The notes under the pieces are model-generated. The model saw only the letters and a program-made list of their open reading frames with translations. It was not told the origin of the DNA and made no database searches. Source: Bugula neritina (taxonomy: Eukaryota; Animalia; Bryozoa). Taken from it: DNA of 64,000 nt. This document shows positions 1 to 14,737 of the stretch, one piece after another. Location: assembly GCA_964035545.1 (NCBI GenBank), contig OZ037766.1, positions 33,445,923-33,509,922 on the forward strand, written 5' to 3'. Positions within the stretch are counted from its first letter, which is position 1. Every line of letters starts with the position of its first letter. The position numbers and the translations under genes are program-made.

Positions 1-9
1 TATACTGTA

Positions 10-3000
10 GTACTACAGTATATATCTCTATAGTATTACAGTATATATCTCTATAGTATTACAGTATATATCTCTATAGTATTACAGTATATATCTCTAT
101 AGTATTACAGTATATATCTCTATAGTACTTACAGTATATATCTCTATAGTATTACAGTATATATCTCTATAGTATTACAGTATATATCTCTATAGTATTA
201 CAGTATATATCTCTATAGTATTACAGTATATATCTCTATAGTACTACAGTATATATCTCTATAGTACTACAGTATATATCTCTATAGTATTACAGTATAT
301 ATCTCTATAGTATTACAGTATATATCTCTATAGTATTACAGTATATATCTCTATAGTACTACAGTATATATCTCTATAGTATTACAGTATATATCTCTAT
401 AGTACTACAGTATATATCTCTATAGTATTACAGTATATATCTCTATAGTATTACAGTATATATCTCTATAGTATTACAGTATATATCTCTATAGTATTAC
501 AGTATATATCTCTATAGTACTACAGTATATATCTCTATAGTATTACAGTATATATCTCTATAGTATTACAGTATATATCTCTATAGTATTACAGTATATA
601 TCTCTATAGTATTACAGTATATATCTCTATAGTACTACAGTATATATCTCTATAGTATTACAGTATATATCTCTATAGTATTACAGTATATATCTCTATA
701 GTACTTACAGTATATATCTCTATAGTACTACAGTATATATCTCTATAGTATTACAGTATATATCTCTATAGTATTACAGTATATATCTCTATAGTACTAC
801 AGTATATATCTCTATAGTATTACAGTATATATCTCTATAGTATTACAGTATATATCTCTATAGTATTACAGTATATATCTCTATAGTATTACAGTATATA
901 TCTCTATAGTACTACAGTATATATCTCTATAGTATTACAGTATATATCTCTATAGTACTTACAGTATATATCTCTATAGTATTACAGTATATATCTCTAT
1001 AGTATTACAGTATATATCTCTATAGTATTACAGTATATATCTCTATAGTATTACAGTATATATCTCTATAGTATTACAGTATATATCTCTATAGTACTAC
1101 AGTATATATCTCTATAGTACTACAGTATATATCTCTATAGTATTACAGTATATATCTCTATAGTATTACAGTATATATCTCTATAGTATTACAGTATATA
1201 TCTCTATAGTATTACAGTATATATCTCTATAGTATTACAGTATATATCTCTATAGTACTACAGTATATATCTCTATAGTATTACAGTATATATCTCTATA
1301 GTATTACAGTATATATCTCTATAGTATTACAGTATATATCTCTATAGTATTACAGTATATATCTCTATAGTACTACAGTATATATCTCTATAGTATTACA
1401 GTATATATCTCTATAGTATTACAGTATATATCTCTATAGTACTACAGTATATATCTCTATAGTATTACAGTATATATCTCTATAGTACTACAGTATATAT
1501 CTCTATAGTACTACAGTATATATCTCTATAGTATTACAGTATATATCTCTATAGTATTACAGTATATATCTCTATAGTATTACAGTATATATCTCTATAG
1601 TACTACAGTATATATCTCTATAGTATTACAGTATATATCTCTATAGTATTACAGTATATATCTCTATAGTATTACAGTATATATCTCTATAGTATTACAG
1701 TATATATCTCTATAGTATTACAGTATATATCTCTATAGTACTACAGTATATATCTCTATAGTATTACAGTATATATCTCTATAGTACTACAGTATATCTC
1801 TATAGTATTACAGTATATATCTCTATAGTATTACAGTATATATCTCTATAGTACTACAGTATATATCTCTATAGTATTACAGTATATATCTCTATAGTAT
1901 TACAGTATATATCTCTATAGTATTACAGTATATATCTCTATAGTATTACAGTATATATCTCTATAGTATTACAGTATATATCTCTATAGTATTACAGTAT
2001 ATATCTCTATAGTATTACAGTATATATCTCTATAGTATTACAGTATATATCTCTATAGTACTACAGTATATATCTCTATAGTATTACAGTATATATCTCT
2101 ATAGTATTACAGTATATATCTCTATAGTATTACAGTATATATCTCTATAGTAATACAGTATATATCTCTATAGTATTACAGTATATATCTCTATAGTACT
2201 TACAGTATATATCTCTATAGTATTACAGTATATATCTCTATAGTATTACAGTATATATCTCTATAGTATTACAGTATATATCTCTATAGTATTACAGTAT
2301 ATATCTCTATAGTACTACAGTATATATCTCTATAGTATTACAGTATATATCTCTATAGTATTACAGTATATATCTCTATAGTATTACAGTATATATCTCT
2401 ATAGTATTACAGTATATATCTCTATAGTACTTACAGTATATATCTCTATAGTATTACAGTATATATCTCTATAGTATTACAGTATATATCTCTATAGTAT
2501 TACAGTATATATCTCTATAGTATTACAGTATATATCTCTATAGTATTACAGTATATATCTCTATAGTATTACAGTATATATCTCTATAGTATTACAGTAT
2601 ATATCTCTATAGTATTACAGTATATATCTCTATAGTATTACAGTATATATCTCTATAGTATTACAGTATATATCTCTATAGTACTACAGTATATATCTCT
2701 ATAGTATTACAGTATATATCTCTATAGTACTACAGTATATATCTCTATAGTATTACAGTATATATCTCTATAGTACTACAGTATATATCTCTATAGTATT
2801 ACAGTATATATCTCTATAGTACTACAGTATATATCTCTATAGTATTACAGTATATATCTCTATAGTATTACAGTATATATCTCTATAGTATTACAGTATA
2901 TATCTCTATAGTATTACAGTATATATCTCTATAGTATTACAGTATATATCTCTATAGTATTACAGTATATATCTCTATAGTATTACAGTATATATCTCTA

Positions 3001-5308
3001 TAGTACTACAGTATATATCTCTATAGTATTACAGTATATATCTCTATAGTACTACAGTATATATCTCTATAGTATTACAGTATATCTCTATAGTACTACA
3101 GTATTACAGTATATATCTCTATAGTATTACAGTATATATCTCTATAGTATTACAGTATATATCTCTATAGTATTACAGTATATATCTCTATAGTACTACA
3201 GTATATATCTCTATAGTATTACAGTATATATCTCTATAGTATTACAGTATATATCTCTATAGTATTACAGTATATATCTCTATAGTATTACAGTATATAT
3301 CTCTATAGTACTTACAGTATATATCTCTATAGTATTACAGTATATATCTCTATAGTATTACAGTATATATCTCTATAGTACTACAGTATATATCTCTATA
3401 GTATTACAGTATATATCTCTATAGTACTACAGTATATATCTCTATAGTATTACAGTATATATCTCTATAGTACTACAGTATATATCTCTATAGTATTACA
3501 GTATATATCTCTATAGTACTACAGTATATATCTCTATAGTATTACAGTATATATCTCTATAGTATTACAGTATATATCTCTATAGTACTACAGTATATAT
3601 CTCTATAGTATTACAGTATATATCTCTATAGTACTACAGTATATATCTCTATAGTATTACAGTATATATCTCTATAGTATTACAGTATATATCTCTATAG
3701 TATTACAGTATATATCTCTATAGTATTACAGTATATATCTCTATAGTATTACAGTATATATCTCTATAGTATTACAGTATATATCTCTATAGTACTACAG
3801 TATATATCTCTATAGTATTACAGTATATATCTCTATAGTATTACAGTATATATCTCTATAGTATTACAGTATATATCTCTATAGTATTACAGTATATATC
3901 TCTATAGTATTACAGTATATATCTCTATAGTATTACAGTATATATCTCTATAGTATTACAGTATATATCTCTATAGTACTACAGTATATATCTCTATAGT
4001 ATTACAGTATATATCTCTATAGTATTACAGTATATATCTCTATAGTATTACAGTATATATCTCTATAGTACTACAGCATATATCTCTATAGTATTACAGT
4101 ATATATCTCTATAGTATTACAGTATATATCTCTATAGTATTACAGTATATATCTCTATAGTATTACAGTATATATCTCTATAGTATTACAGTATATATCT
4201 CTATAGTATTACAGTATATATCTCTATAGTATTACAGTATATATCTCTATAGTATTACAGTATATATCTCTATAGTACTACAGTATATATCTCTATAGTA
4301 TTACAGTATATATCTCTATAGTATTACAGTATATATCTCTATAGTATTACAGTATATATCTCTATAGTATTACAGTATATATCTCTATAGTATTACAGTA
4401 TATATCTCTATAGTATACTACAGTATATATCTCTATAGTATTACAGTATATATCTCTATAGTATTACAGTATATATCTCTATAGTACTACAGTATATATC
4501 TCTATAGTACTACAGTATATATCTCTATAGTACTACAGTATATATCTCTATAGTATTACAGTATATATCTCTATAGTATTACAGTATATATCTCTATAGT
4601 ATTACAGTATATATCTCTATAGTATACTACAGTATATATCTCTATAGTATTACAGTATATATCTCTATAGTATTACAGTATATATCTCTATAGTACTACA
4701 GTATATATCTCTATAGTACTACAGTATATATCTCTATAGTATTACAGTATATATCTCTATAGTACTACAGTATATATCTCTATAGTATTACAGTATATAT
4801 CTCTATAATATTACAGTATATATCTCTATAGTATTACAGTATATATCTCTATAGTACTACAGTATATATCTCTATAGTATTACAGTATATATCTCTATAG
4901 TATTACAGTATATATCTCTATAGTACTACAGTATATATCTCTATAGTATTACAGTATATATCTCTATAGTACTACAGTATATATCTCTATAGTATTACAG
5001 TATATATCTCTATAGTATTACAGTATATATCTCTATAGTACTACAGTATATATCTCTATAGTATTACAGTATATATCTCTATAGTATTACAGTATATATC
5101 TCTATAGTATTACAGTATATATCTCTATAGTATTACAGTATATATCTCTATAGTATTACAGTATATATCTCTATAGTACTACAGTATATATCTCTATAGT
5201 ATTACAGTATATATCTCTATAGTATTACAGTATATATCTCTATAGTATTACAGTATATATCTCTATAGTATTACAGTATATATCTCTATAGTACTACAGC
5301 ATATATCT
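10..5308. repeat. 23-bp minisatellite TACAGTATATATCTCTATAGTA(T/C), ~230 copies, probably intronic in DEG/ENaC
   Basis: Highly homogeneous array with two interspersed variants; ends ~35 bp before the acceptor at 5342. Confidence 0.98.
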
Positions 5309-5342
5309 AAACTTTAAGTCTATTATGCATTTCTACATATAG

Positions 5343-5543
5343 CTAACTTTCCACGAACCTCACGAGTACCCCCTCGTACCTGAGCTGAGCACAGGCGTAC
5401 CGCCCGGCATAGAAATAGATTTCAGGCTACAGATCACTGCAGTAAGATATATTATTAGCTGTAAAGTGGACTCCTCCATCGCTTTCTATTACTAATGCTA
5501 GACAAAACAACAAGATCCAAAATAGATCATGTATATATATGTT

Positions 5544-5606
<63 letters not shown>

Positions 5607-8317
5607 TGACTGTAAAAGTCAAACAGTAGTTTAGATAATCAAAAAAGCAACTAAATTGAATTATTAATTTTCATGTTGTTCCATAAAATTTGATTTATTA
5701 AAGTTTGCATATGAATCCTAAAAGTTGAAACTAATAAAATAAATTAGACTTTTAGTCATCAGTCCTGTGAGGTTTTGCTTTGTGTCCCCAGACCAGCAGA
5801 AAGCCGCCCCCAGCTGAGGGTTCAAACTGTTTCCCTGCTGACGAGGCAGCAAATCCTCTCCACTTCTTCAGTAACTACTCCTTCTCAGCGTGTCAGACTG
5901 AGTGTAAGATCTCATACGTCCTGGATAAGTGTGGGTGTAGAGACCCGTTCCAGGAGGGTGAGCAGTTATATTATATTGTATATATTATTATATTATATGT
6001 TGTATATATGTTGTATATGTTGTATATGTTGTGTATATGTTGTATATGTTGTATATGTTGTATATGTTGTGTATATGTTGTATATATGTTGTATATATGT
6101 TGTATATGTTGTATATGTTGTATATGTTGTATATATGTTGTATATGTTGTATATGTTGTATATATGTTGTATATGTTGTATATGTTGTATATGTTGTATA
6201 TGTTGTATATATGTTGTATATATGTTGTATATGTTGTATATGTTGTATATGTTGTATATGTTGTATATGTTGTATATGTTGTATATGTTGTATATGTTGT
6301 ATATATGTTGTATATATGTTCTATATGTTGTATATATGTTGTATATGTTGTATATGTTGTATATGTTGTATATGTTGTATATGTTGTATATGTTGTATAT
6401 GTTGCATATGTTGTATATGTTCACAGCTCTCAATGGATCAAAACAATGTTCCGTGGAGGAGATGCTATACTGCTCTACCCCTGCTCTCAGTGAGTGTTTC
6501 AACCATATCAATTCATATCCAATTCAATTCAATACTATAATATACTTATGCTAGTACACCAGAGTATATAATATGTAACATATAAAATGTAATATATTAT
6601 ATGTAATATATAATATATATATATGTAATATATAATATATAACTTGTAATATATAATATGTAACATATATAACATGTAATAGGTGTATAAAATGTACTAT
6701 ATAACATGTAATATATAATATGTAACATATAACATGTAATATATAGTATGTAACATATAATATGTACCATATACCATGTAATATATAGTATGTAACATAT
6801 AACATGTAATATAACAGGAAACTTTGTTTCTGACCCTAACGGACTAAGTCATTGCCAATGTCAAGATGCCTGCAAAGTGTCTGAGTACACAGCGAAGATA
6901 GGAACAACAAAGTTTCCAAGCAGCAAATACGTCAACCTGTATAATCTTAGTAGAGGTAAGGCAACCCTCTACTCTCTCTATCTACTAACAGGTGCTCTCT
7001 ACTCCCTCTGTCTACTAACAAGTGCTCTCTACTCTCTCTGTCTACTAACAAGTGCTCTCTACTCTCTCTGTCTACTAACATCTGCTCTCTACTCTCTCTA
7101 TATACTAACAGGTGCTCTCTACTCTCTATGTCTACTAACAGGTGCTCTCTACTCTCTCTATCTACTAACAGGTGCTCTCTACTTTCTCTATCTACTAACA
7201 GGTGCTCTCTACTCTCTCTGTCTACTAACAGGTGCTCTCTACTCTCTCTGTCTACTAACAGGTGCTTTCTACTCTCTCTATCTACTAACAGGTGCTCTCT
7301 ACTCTCTCTATCTACTAGCAGGTGCTCTCTACTCTCTCTATCTACTAACAGGTGCTCTCTACTCTCTCTATCTACTAACAAGTGCTCTCTACTCCCTCTA
7401 TCTACTAACAGGTGCTTTCTACTCTCTCTATGTCTACTAACAGGTGCTCTCTACTTTCTCTATATACTAACAGGTGCTCTCTACTCTCTCTGTCTACTAA
7501 CATCTGCTCTCTACTCTCTCTATCTACTAACAGGTGCTCTCTACTCCCTCTATCTACTAACAGGTGCTTTCTACTCTCTCTGTCTACTAACAGGTGCTCT
7601 CTACTCTCTCTATGTCTACTAACAGGTGCTTTCTACTCTCTCTGTCTACTAACAGGTGCTCTCTACTCTCTCTATCTACTAACAGGTGCTCTCTACTCTC
7701 TCTATCTACTAACAGGTGCTGCCTGTTCAAAATATTATAATAAAATAGAGTTTTAAGTAAAGCACATCTTGCCTCTTGTAAATTCTTCAAACTGTCTTGT
7801 CTGTATTTCAATGAAAGCAAGCAGAAATTGGTTTATACTTTTAGATGCAGTAGATTCCATTGCTGCAAACGTGATTATTGTAAATATTTACTATGGTAAA
7901 ATGTCCTATCAAAGGATAGATGAAGAATATGCTTACGGCATCACAGACATGATCGGTATGTGGGTTCTTTCTTGTATGCTGTCTCTATTACTTGACTTAT
8001 TCTATACATTCATGTCACTGTGTAAGTGTGTGGTGTGGAAACTTGGTAAACCATGATAGTCTTGTAGGAGATTATGTCATTGGCTAGATACAAATAATAG
8101 CCATGTAACACGCTATATAATTGGCTAAACAACGAATCAATTTTTTACTGTAGCCAACATGGGAGGCACCCTAGGACTCTGCATTGGTGCAAGCATACTG
8201 ACTATCTGTGAGTTCTTCGAATTCGTAATGTTTGCATTTAAAAGATGTTTCAACAGGAGAACTAAGGGCAAATCTTTAAGTGGGCTGTCTCTGAAGGTTG
8301 CCCCAATATACAGCTAA
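5343..8317 (+). CDS. DEG/ENaC family (ASIC-like) amiloride-sensitive cation channel, 3' half (5' exons outside window)
   Basis: Phase-consistent exons 5343-5441, 5792-5957, 6427-6489, 6818-6955, 7845-7955, 8154-8317 (TAA). Translation shows HEPHEYP..GVPPG, Cys-rich thumb YSFSACQTEC..KCGC..C..CQCQDAC, VNIYY, and TM2 MIANMGGTLGLCIGASILTICEFFE with the GAS selectivity motif. Confidence 0.93.
5550..5602. repeat. (TA)n microsatellite
   Basis: Direct reading. Confidence 0.95.
5995..6421. repeat. 9/11-bp repeat (TA)TATATGTTG, intronic
   Basis: Fills intron 5958-6426 up to the acceptor. Confidence 0.95.
6565..6815. repeat. Degenerate AT-rich repeat (TAACATGTAATATATA-like), intronic
   Basis: Recurrent ATGTAACATAT / CATGTAATAT motifs. 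Confidence 0.75.
6967..7720. repeat. 30-bp minisatellite GGTGCTCTCTACTCTCTCTATCTACTAACA, ~25 copies
   Basis: In DEG/ENaC intron 6956-7844; unit junction reads TACTAACAG|GT. Confidence 0.97.
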
Positions 8318-8744
8318 ATAATTGAGATTCATAGACTACTGCAATGAGGAATATTGTTCTCAGTTATATTAAAATAACTTGCAGCATTGTATTTAGTATA
8401 CATCAGAAACTATATTTTAGAGTCTTCAACTGTTTGAATAAACAAATTCCAATTTATTACATAATAAATTATAAGTTTCCCAGAGATACTTTCAACCTAG
8501 CTGTCACTTTTTCACTTAAACACACCTACAAACACAGCCAAACATTGAGTATACTAGGCAGTCACAAAACATATGCCATACAAATTCACTGCACAGCCTT
8601 AGGGCATCAAGAAGCAAGCAGGGTTGGGCTGAGAATTACAGCCTTCCCATAGTCACTTTGTTATAGCTGAATATTCAATAGCCTTAGATTTGTTCACTTG
8701 AACATTTAGAGGAGTATTTTATGGAAGGTAGTTAAAGGGATTGC

Positions 8745-8960
8745 ATGTGACAACATTTGACAGTGTGTGACAGCATTTGACAATGTGTGACAGCATTTGA
8801 CAGTGTGTGACAGCATTTGACAGGTAGATAGTACAGGTAGATAGTACAGGTAGGTAGTACAGGTAGTTAGTACAGGTAGTTAGTACAGGTAGATAGTACA
8901 GGTAGGTAGTACAGGTAGGTAGTACAGGTAGTTAGTACAGGTAGATAGTGCAGGTAGTTG
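8745..8960. repeat. Adjacent 20-bp (TGTGACAGCATTTGACAGTG) and 14-bp (GTACAGGTAG(A/G/T)TA) repeats, intergenic
   Basis: Direct reading. Confidence 0.9.
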
Positions 8961-9180
8961 GGAGAGATAGTATAGGTAAGAAGATGAAAGATGGAGAATA
9001 TTGTTTGTGCGGTGAGAGGGGTGAAATGTAGAACAGATACCAGTATCTCACACAGCAACCAGTTTATTTTATTTCACGTACAGCATCTCTGAATCAGCCC
9101 TCTGCATCTTAGAATAGAAATATGCATACACTTAATATAGAAGGTAGTGGTTTACTATAACACCTGTCTTAAGTCACCAG

Positions 9181-9294
9181 CCAATCAAAAAACTTTAGAC
9201 ATCAACTAACCGACGCCCACTCTCAAAATTAGGGCACAGGTACCAGTCGTTGAAGTGATAGTTTCAAGGCCTTCAACAGGGACTAAAGGTAAGT
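9181..9294 (+). promoter_or_regulatory. Putative CCAAT box and non-coding first-exon donor upstream of MFS paralog A
   Basis: CCAATCA at 9181 and strong donor AAG|GTAAGT at 9289; same arrangement upstream of paralog B. Confidence 0.4.
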
Positions 9295-9686
9295 CAAATG
9301 AAGCTGTAGATACAGTTAGTATATTGAGCTTCGTTTAAAACAATTTTGTTCAGTAAATCTACTTCAACACTGTTATTTTGTTTCAATTTGCTACGATGTG
9401 AAGTTGGACATGTACGTGTTATTGTATAACAAGTATTGTATAGTATAGTATAGTATGTACAAGTGATGTAGCGATGTTAACTCATGCTTATATGTTTAAA
9501 GCTAGAGCTTTCTATTGGCACATGTAGCCCCACTGATTGTTGTGACTTTCAAGAACCAACAGGTGTTGTGTCACCAAATGTTGTTATAAGATGCAGGCTT
9601 GACATTGAAGAGAGCTCTAACAGGATAAAGCAAAGGCAAAAAAAAGCTGTGAAAGGTGAAAAAGCAAAAGTAGAGTTTGACCAAAG

Positions 9687-12600
9687 ATGGCAAGCTTTTG
9701 GAAGTCTGAAGGTCTGGGGCTGCACACAAAAAAGCCCTACCAGACGTACGACTGGAGAGGAAAAGGCACAGAGTATATACCATTTCTAGTGAGTGAAGAG
9801 TTTAAATATTGTAGTTATATACTGTTCCAGAAAAGTGTAACCTGGAAAATGTAGCCAAAGTTCTATATAGCAAATAAACATGCACAAGTTTGGGTGAGAG
9901 CAAAAGCTCCCTATTGCGACTCAAAGGTAATACTGTAGTAGCTTGCAATGCACTTGTATACTTTATTAGAAAGAACCAAGGGATGGTAATGACGCCATCC
10001 TTATTAACAAGGAGGAAAAACTTAAGCTAAGTTTGGCAGAATCTGGAGATGAACCTTTGTCAACAGGAGCTATTGTAGAAGTGGTGATTTGCATTCTAGC
10101 CTTTATAGGAAGAGTAAGTTGGTAAAACTCTGCTATTGTGTAAGAAGGTGGTCTACTGTTCTATACTTGCATAAAATATTCAGGTTTTACTTTAGTATAT
10201 TGTAAACTCGAACAGAACTAAACTTTGTCACCTTAACCAATAGAATGTCTGTCATATTCAGATGGTGAAGTTGAGAGTGCAGCTCTTAAAAATTAGAATC
10301 AAAAGTTGGTATCTTTATGGAATATCAATCTACACACCTATATTAGCATTTATATCTCTAGGGTCTTTGCCTGAACTCTGTGGGACCCACATTGATTGAC
10401 CTGAGACAGATTGCTCATTTCACTGTACCACAGGCTGCATGGATCTTTGTATCTCAGTCTACAGGCTTTCTCATTGGTTCCTTGCTAGCTAAGAAAGTTC
10501 TTCAAGAGTAAGTCATCAAACTACCTTCTTGTTTTCTCTTAGTAACTCTGACTCTGTGCAAACATGGTGGCTTAAAACTTATATTTTATATTATTTATAT
10601 TATACTTATCTTATATTATAGTTTTGTTACATTTATGTTACATTACATTCATATTATATTTATATTATATTGTTTATATATTAGTGGATGATTTGTGTAT
10701 TTCAGATTTAACAACAAACTCTCTCTGTCGCTATGCTTACTCTCTCAAGCTGTCTTCACCACCTGTATCCCTGCATTCAGCAGTGCCATTATTATGTGTC
10801 TCATGTTTGTTGGACAAGGAGTGGCTTTAGGGGTGGTTGGAATCGGTAAGAAACTAATATTCTAAACTGGAACTTTCACCTGTTATGCTGCTTGTAAATA
10901 CCTGGGTATATTTAATGCAAGTAAAGTTATCAGACGCACAATATGCTGAATGAAAATATTATTCTAAGTTGCTAAGATAGATCATGAGTTACGAGTGTTT
11001 GGTTGCAGGAGTTTGCGCCACGTGCATTCGCATTGGTGGGAAGAAGAGAAATGGTATGTTTCTACAGGCAGCCTACTTGGGAGTTTCTATTGGCAGTGTT
11101 TGCGGGCCGTTCATTGCACGCCCCTTCCTCTCCAACTTAGCTCATCATGAGGTGAACACATACGATGAAGAACAGCCGAGACTTGTAAACACATACCTGC
11201 AGGAGGGGTGAGATCCTGCTATATTACCAGTGCTATACGCTATTACTATATTGCCAGTGCTATACGCTATTACTATATTACCAGTGCTATACGCTATTAC
11301 TATACTACCAGTGCTATACGCTATTACTATATTCCCAGTGCTATACGCTATTACTATATTACCAGTGCTATACGCTTTTACTATATTACCAGTGCTATAC
11401 GCTATTACTATACTACCAGTGCTATACGCTATTACTATATTCCCAGTGCTATACGCTATTACTATATTACCAGTACTATATGCTATTACTATATATTGCC
11501 AGTGCTATACGCTATAACTATACTACCAGTGCTATACGCTATTACTATATTGCCAGTGCTATACGCTATAACTATACTACCAGTGCTATACGCTATTACT
11601 ATACTACCAGTGCTTTACGCTATTACTATATTGCCAGTGCTATACGCTATAACTATACTACCAGTGCTATGCGCTATTACTATACTACCAGTGCTTTACG
11701 CTATTACTATATTGCCAGTGCTATACGCTATTACTATACTACCAGTGCTATACGCTATTACTATACTACCAGTGCTATACGCTATTACTATACTACCAGT
11801 GCTATACGCTATTACTATACTACCAGTGCTATACGCTATAACTATACTACCAGTGCTATACGCTATAACTATACTACCAGTGCTATACGCTATTGCTATA
11901 TTACAAGTGCTATACACTATTACTATACTACCAGTGCTATACGATATTACTATATTACCAGTGCTATACACTATTACTATACTATAAGTGCTATACACTA
12001 TTACTATACTATAAGTGCTATACACTATTACTATACTACAAGTGCTATACGCTATGATTATACAGTGCTATATGCTGTTTTAGATACGACAACCTAACCA
12101 CTGTTGGTTTATTGGAGCAGTTCCTGAGGCCGACGACACCTGATCCTGCCCCTCCTCTACATCTCTTCACTCAGACCCACGTCTACATCTACTACGCTAT
12201 CATAGGTGTCATTCTCTGCGTTCCTTCCTTTGCCTTCTTCGTTCTTTACAAGAGATCCGGAGATCCAATCAGAAACCTGAAGGTTGACAACTCTCAATCT
12301 GAGTCCCTTGCCTTACAGGACTGGACCCTTCCCTTGTTTATAGCCGTTGCTATGATATTCATACAGTGCCTGCTCTACTTTGGCATACAAGACGCTTACA
12401 GTAACCTCCTCACTACCTTCGCTATACTCGGTCCCCTTCACTTTACCAAGACTCAAGGTGTTTACCTGTCGTCCCTTTTTTGGGCTTCCATGTGTTTTGG
12501 TAGACTTAATGGTGAGTCTAGACGATTTGCTTTTTTAGTCTCACTAGAGATGCACCACTACAAGCATTGTAGTATGATTAGTGATCACATCAATATTTTA

Positions 12601-13381
12601 GACACTGTTTATGTCAAAACTATTATGGCAAATTATTTTGAATATTTAGTTTGTCAAAATCATATTAGTCACAAAAGTACGAGAAAAGAACTATTCTGAA
12701 TTTCCTAACATGTAGTCAGTCTGTGATAAGATGATATAGTTTTTTCCATTTTCATGTTTCGCAGGCATTTGGATCGCAAAGCTGCTGGGTCCATTTAAAC
12801 TGCTGATGATGGACATGACAATGGGAGGCATCGCTGCCGCAGTTCTGCTTCTATTCTCCAACAGATACGCAGAGGTGCTATGGGGCTTCACTGTAGTCCT
12901 GGGTCTTTCATTTGCTACAGTCAATGGGGCTACAGTTTCTTGGGCGGCTAACCACCTTCCAGGTTAGTACGGTGAAACAGATCTTAGGTTATATATCATA
13001 TGGATGATACTTTACATCTACTAGCTATATCATCTACTACTATATCATCTACTAGCTATATCATCTACTACTCTATCATCTACTACTCTATCATCTACGT
13101 ATGTACTGCTGTCTGTTACAGGAAACAACTACATTCTCGCTATAATCATGGTGGGTCGATGTACCGGCCTTCTACTGCTGCCAACAACCGTTACGACTCT
13201 GTTCCAGAAGACTGGACCGATGTCGCTGATGTACGCCCTGCTACTGACAGTAATTCTGATGGTCACCACTCTCCTCATCTCTCAGCTCATTGCTCACAAG
13301 TTCGGTGTTGATGGCAAACTACACAGCAAGTCTGAAATGAAGAAACTCAGGAGTGAAAAGGAGGGCATATATGGATTCTGA
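9687..13381 (+). CDS. MFS transporter, MFSD4/NaGLT1-like, paralog A (~538 aa)
   Basis: Exons 9687-9788, 9970-10113, 10362-10507, 10706-10845, 11009-11207, 12084-12511, 12765-12962, 13122-13381; all GT-AG, total 1617 nt in frame. Motifs GPTLIDL, GSVCGPFIARPFL, SLFWASMCFGRL; many hydrophobic helices. First exon is the least certain. Confidence 0.88.
11217..12070. repeat. ~27-bp minisatellite CCAGTGCTATACGCTATTACTATA(T/C)TA, MFS-A intron 5
   Basis: Fills intron 11208-12083; translates as the SAIRYYYIT / LPVLYAITI spurious ORFs. Confidence 0.96.
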
Positions 13382-13802
13382 GTCGAACACAAAAACAGTC
13401 ATATGTTGCTATGTTGCTATGTTCTAGTCATACATTTAAATGTTCCATCATAATTCAGACATTTTATTGCCATAAAGGTGCTCTATTGTGCTAATTAGCT
13501 GTTTGCAACATCACAGTTGTTTTCAGTGACAATTCAATTCTAATAAAGTACCAACTGTAATTCAGCCCATGATAGACATTTACCAAAATTTTGCTGAAGC
13601 TGTTTATTGCAAGGGTTTTGAATAAATTTGACTTTAAACCTGTGAAGACACGTTTTTGTGGAATCAAGCAGCTAAGGCTGAGTGGTGATTCTTGCATATC
13701 AGCACAACGTTACTTACGAGTAGAATCCCTGTGCCTTGTGGTGTGTGCCAGCATTATTATAACCATCTGTTATCTGAAGGTGAGTCATAGGAAGTGATAC
13801 AG

Positions 13803-14737
13803 GGCACCTGTGTATTGGTGTCTCCCAACCTGAATAGCTACAGCACCTGTGTATGGATGTCTCTTAATCTGAATAGCTACAGCACCTGTGTATGGATGTC
13901 TCTTAACCTGAATAGCTACAGCACCTGTGTATTGGTGTCTCTTAATCTGAATAGCTACAGCACCTGTGTATGAATGTCTCTTAACCTGAATAGCTACAGC
14001 ACCTGTGTATGGGTGTCTCTTAACCTGAATAGCTACAGCACCTGTGTATGGGTGTCTCTTAACCTGAATAGCTACAGCACCTGTGTATTGGTGTCTCCCA
14101 ATCTGAATAGCTACAGCACCTGTGTATGGATGTCTCTTAACCTGAATAGCTACAGCACCTGTGTATGGATGTCTCTTAACCTGAATAGCTACAGCACCTG
14201 TGTATTGGTGTCTCTTAATCTGAATAGCTACAGCACCTGTGTATTGGTGTCTCCCAATCTGAATAGCTACAGCACCTGTGTATGGATGTCTCTTAACCTG
14301 AATAGCTACAGCACCTGTGTATGGGTGTCTCTTAACCTGAATAGCTACAGCACCTGTGTATGGGTGTCTCCTAATCTGAATAGCTACAGCACCTGTGTAT
14401 AGGTGTCTCCTAATCTGAATAGCTACAGCACCTGTGTATTGGTGTCTCTTAACCTGAATAGCTACAGCACCTGTGTATTGGTGTCTCCCAATCTGAATAG
14501 CTACAGCACCTGTGTATGGATGTCTCTTAACCTGAATAGCTACAGCACCTGTGTATTGGTGTCTCTTAACCTGAATAGCTACAGCACCTGTGTATTGGTG
14601 TCTCTTAATCTGAATAGCTACAGCACCTGTGTATGGATGTCTCTTAACCTGAATAGCTACAGCACCTGTGTATTGGTGTCTCTTAACCTGAATAGCTACA
14701 GCACCTGTGTATTGGTGTCTCTTAATCTGAATAGCTC
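13803..14737. repeat. 39-bp minisatellite GCACCTGTGTATGGATGTCTCTTAACCTGAATAGCTACA, ~24 copies, intergenic
   Basis: Direct reading; source of the SLNLNSYSTCVWV spurious ORFs. Confidence 0.97.

Noticed and set aside
9484-9789. 101-aa ORF as a separate gene
   Set aside because: Overlaps the MFS-A first coding exon in another frame; no recognisable motif.
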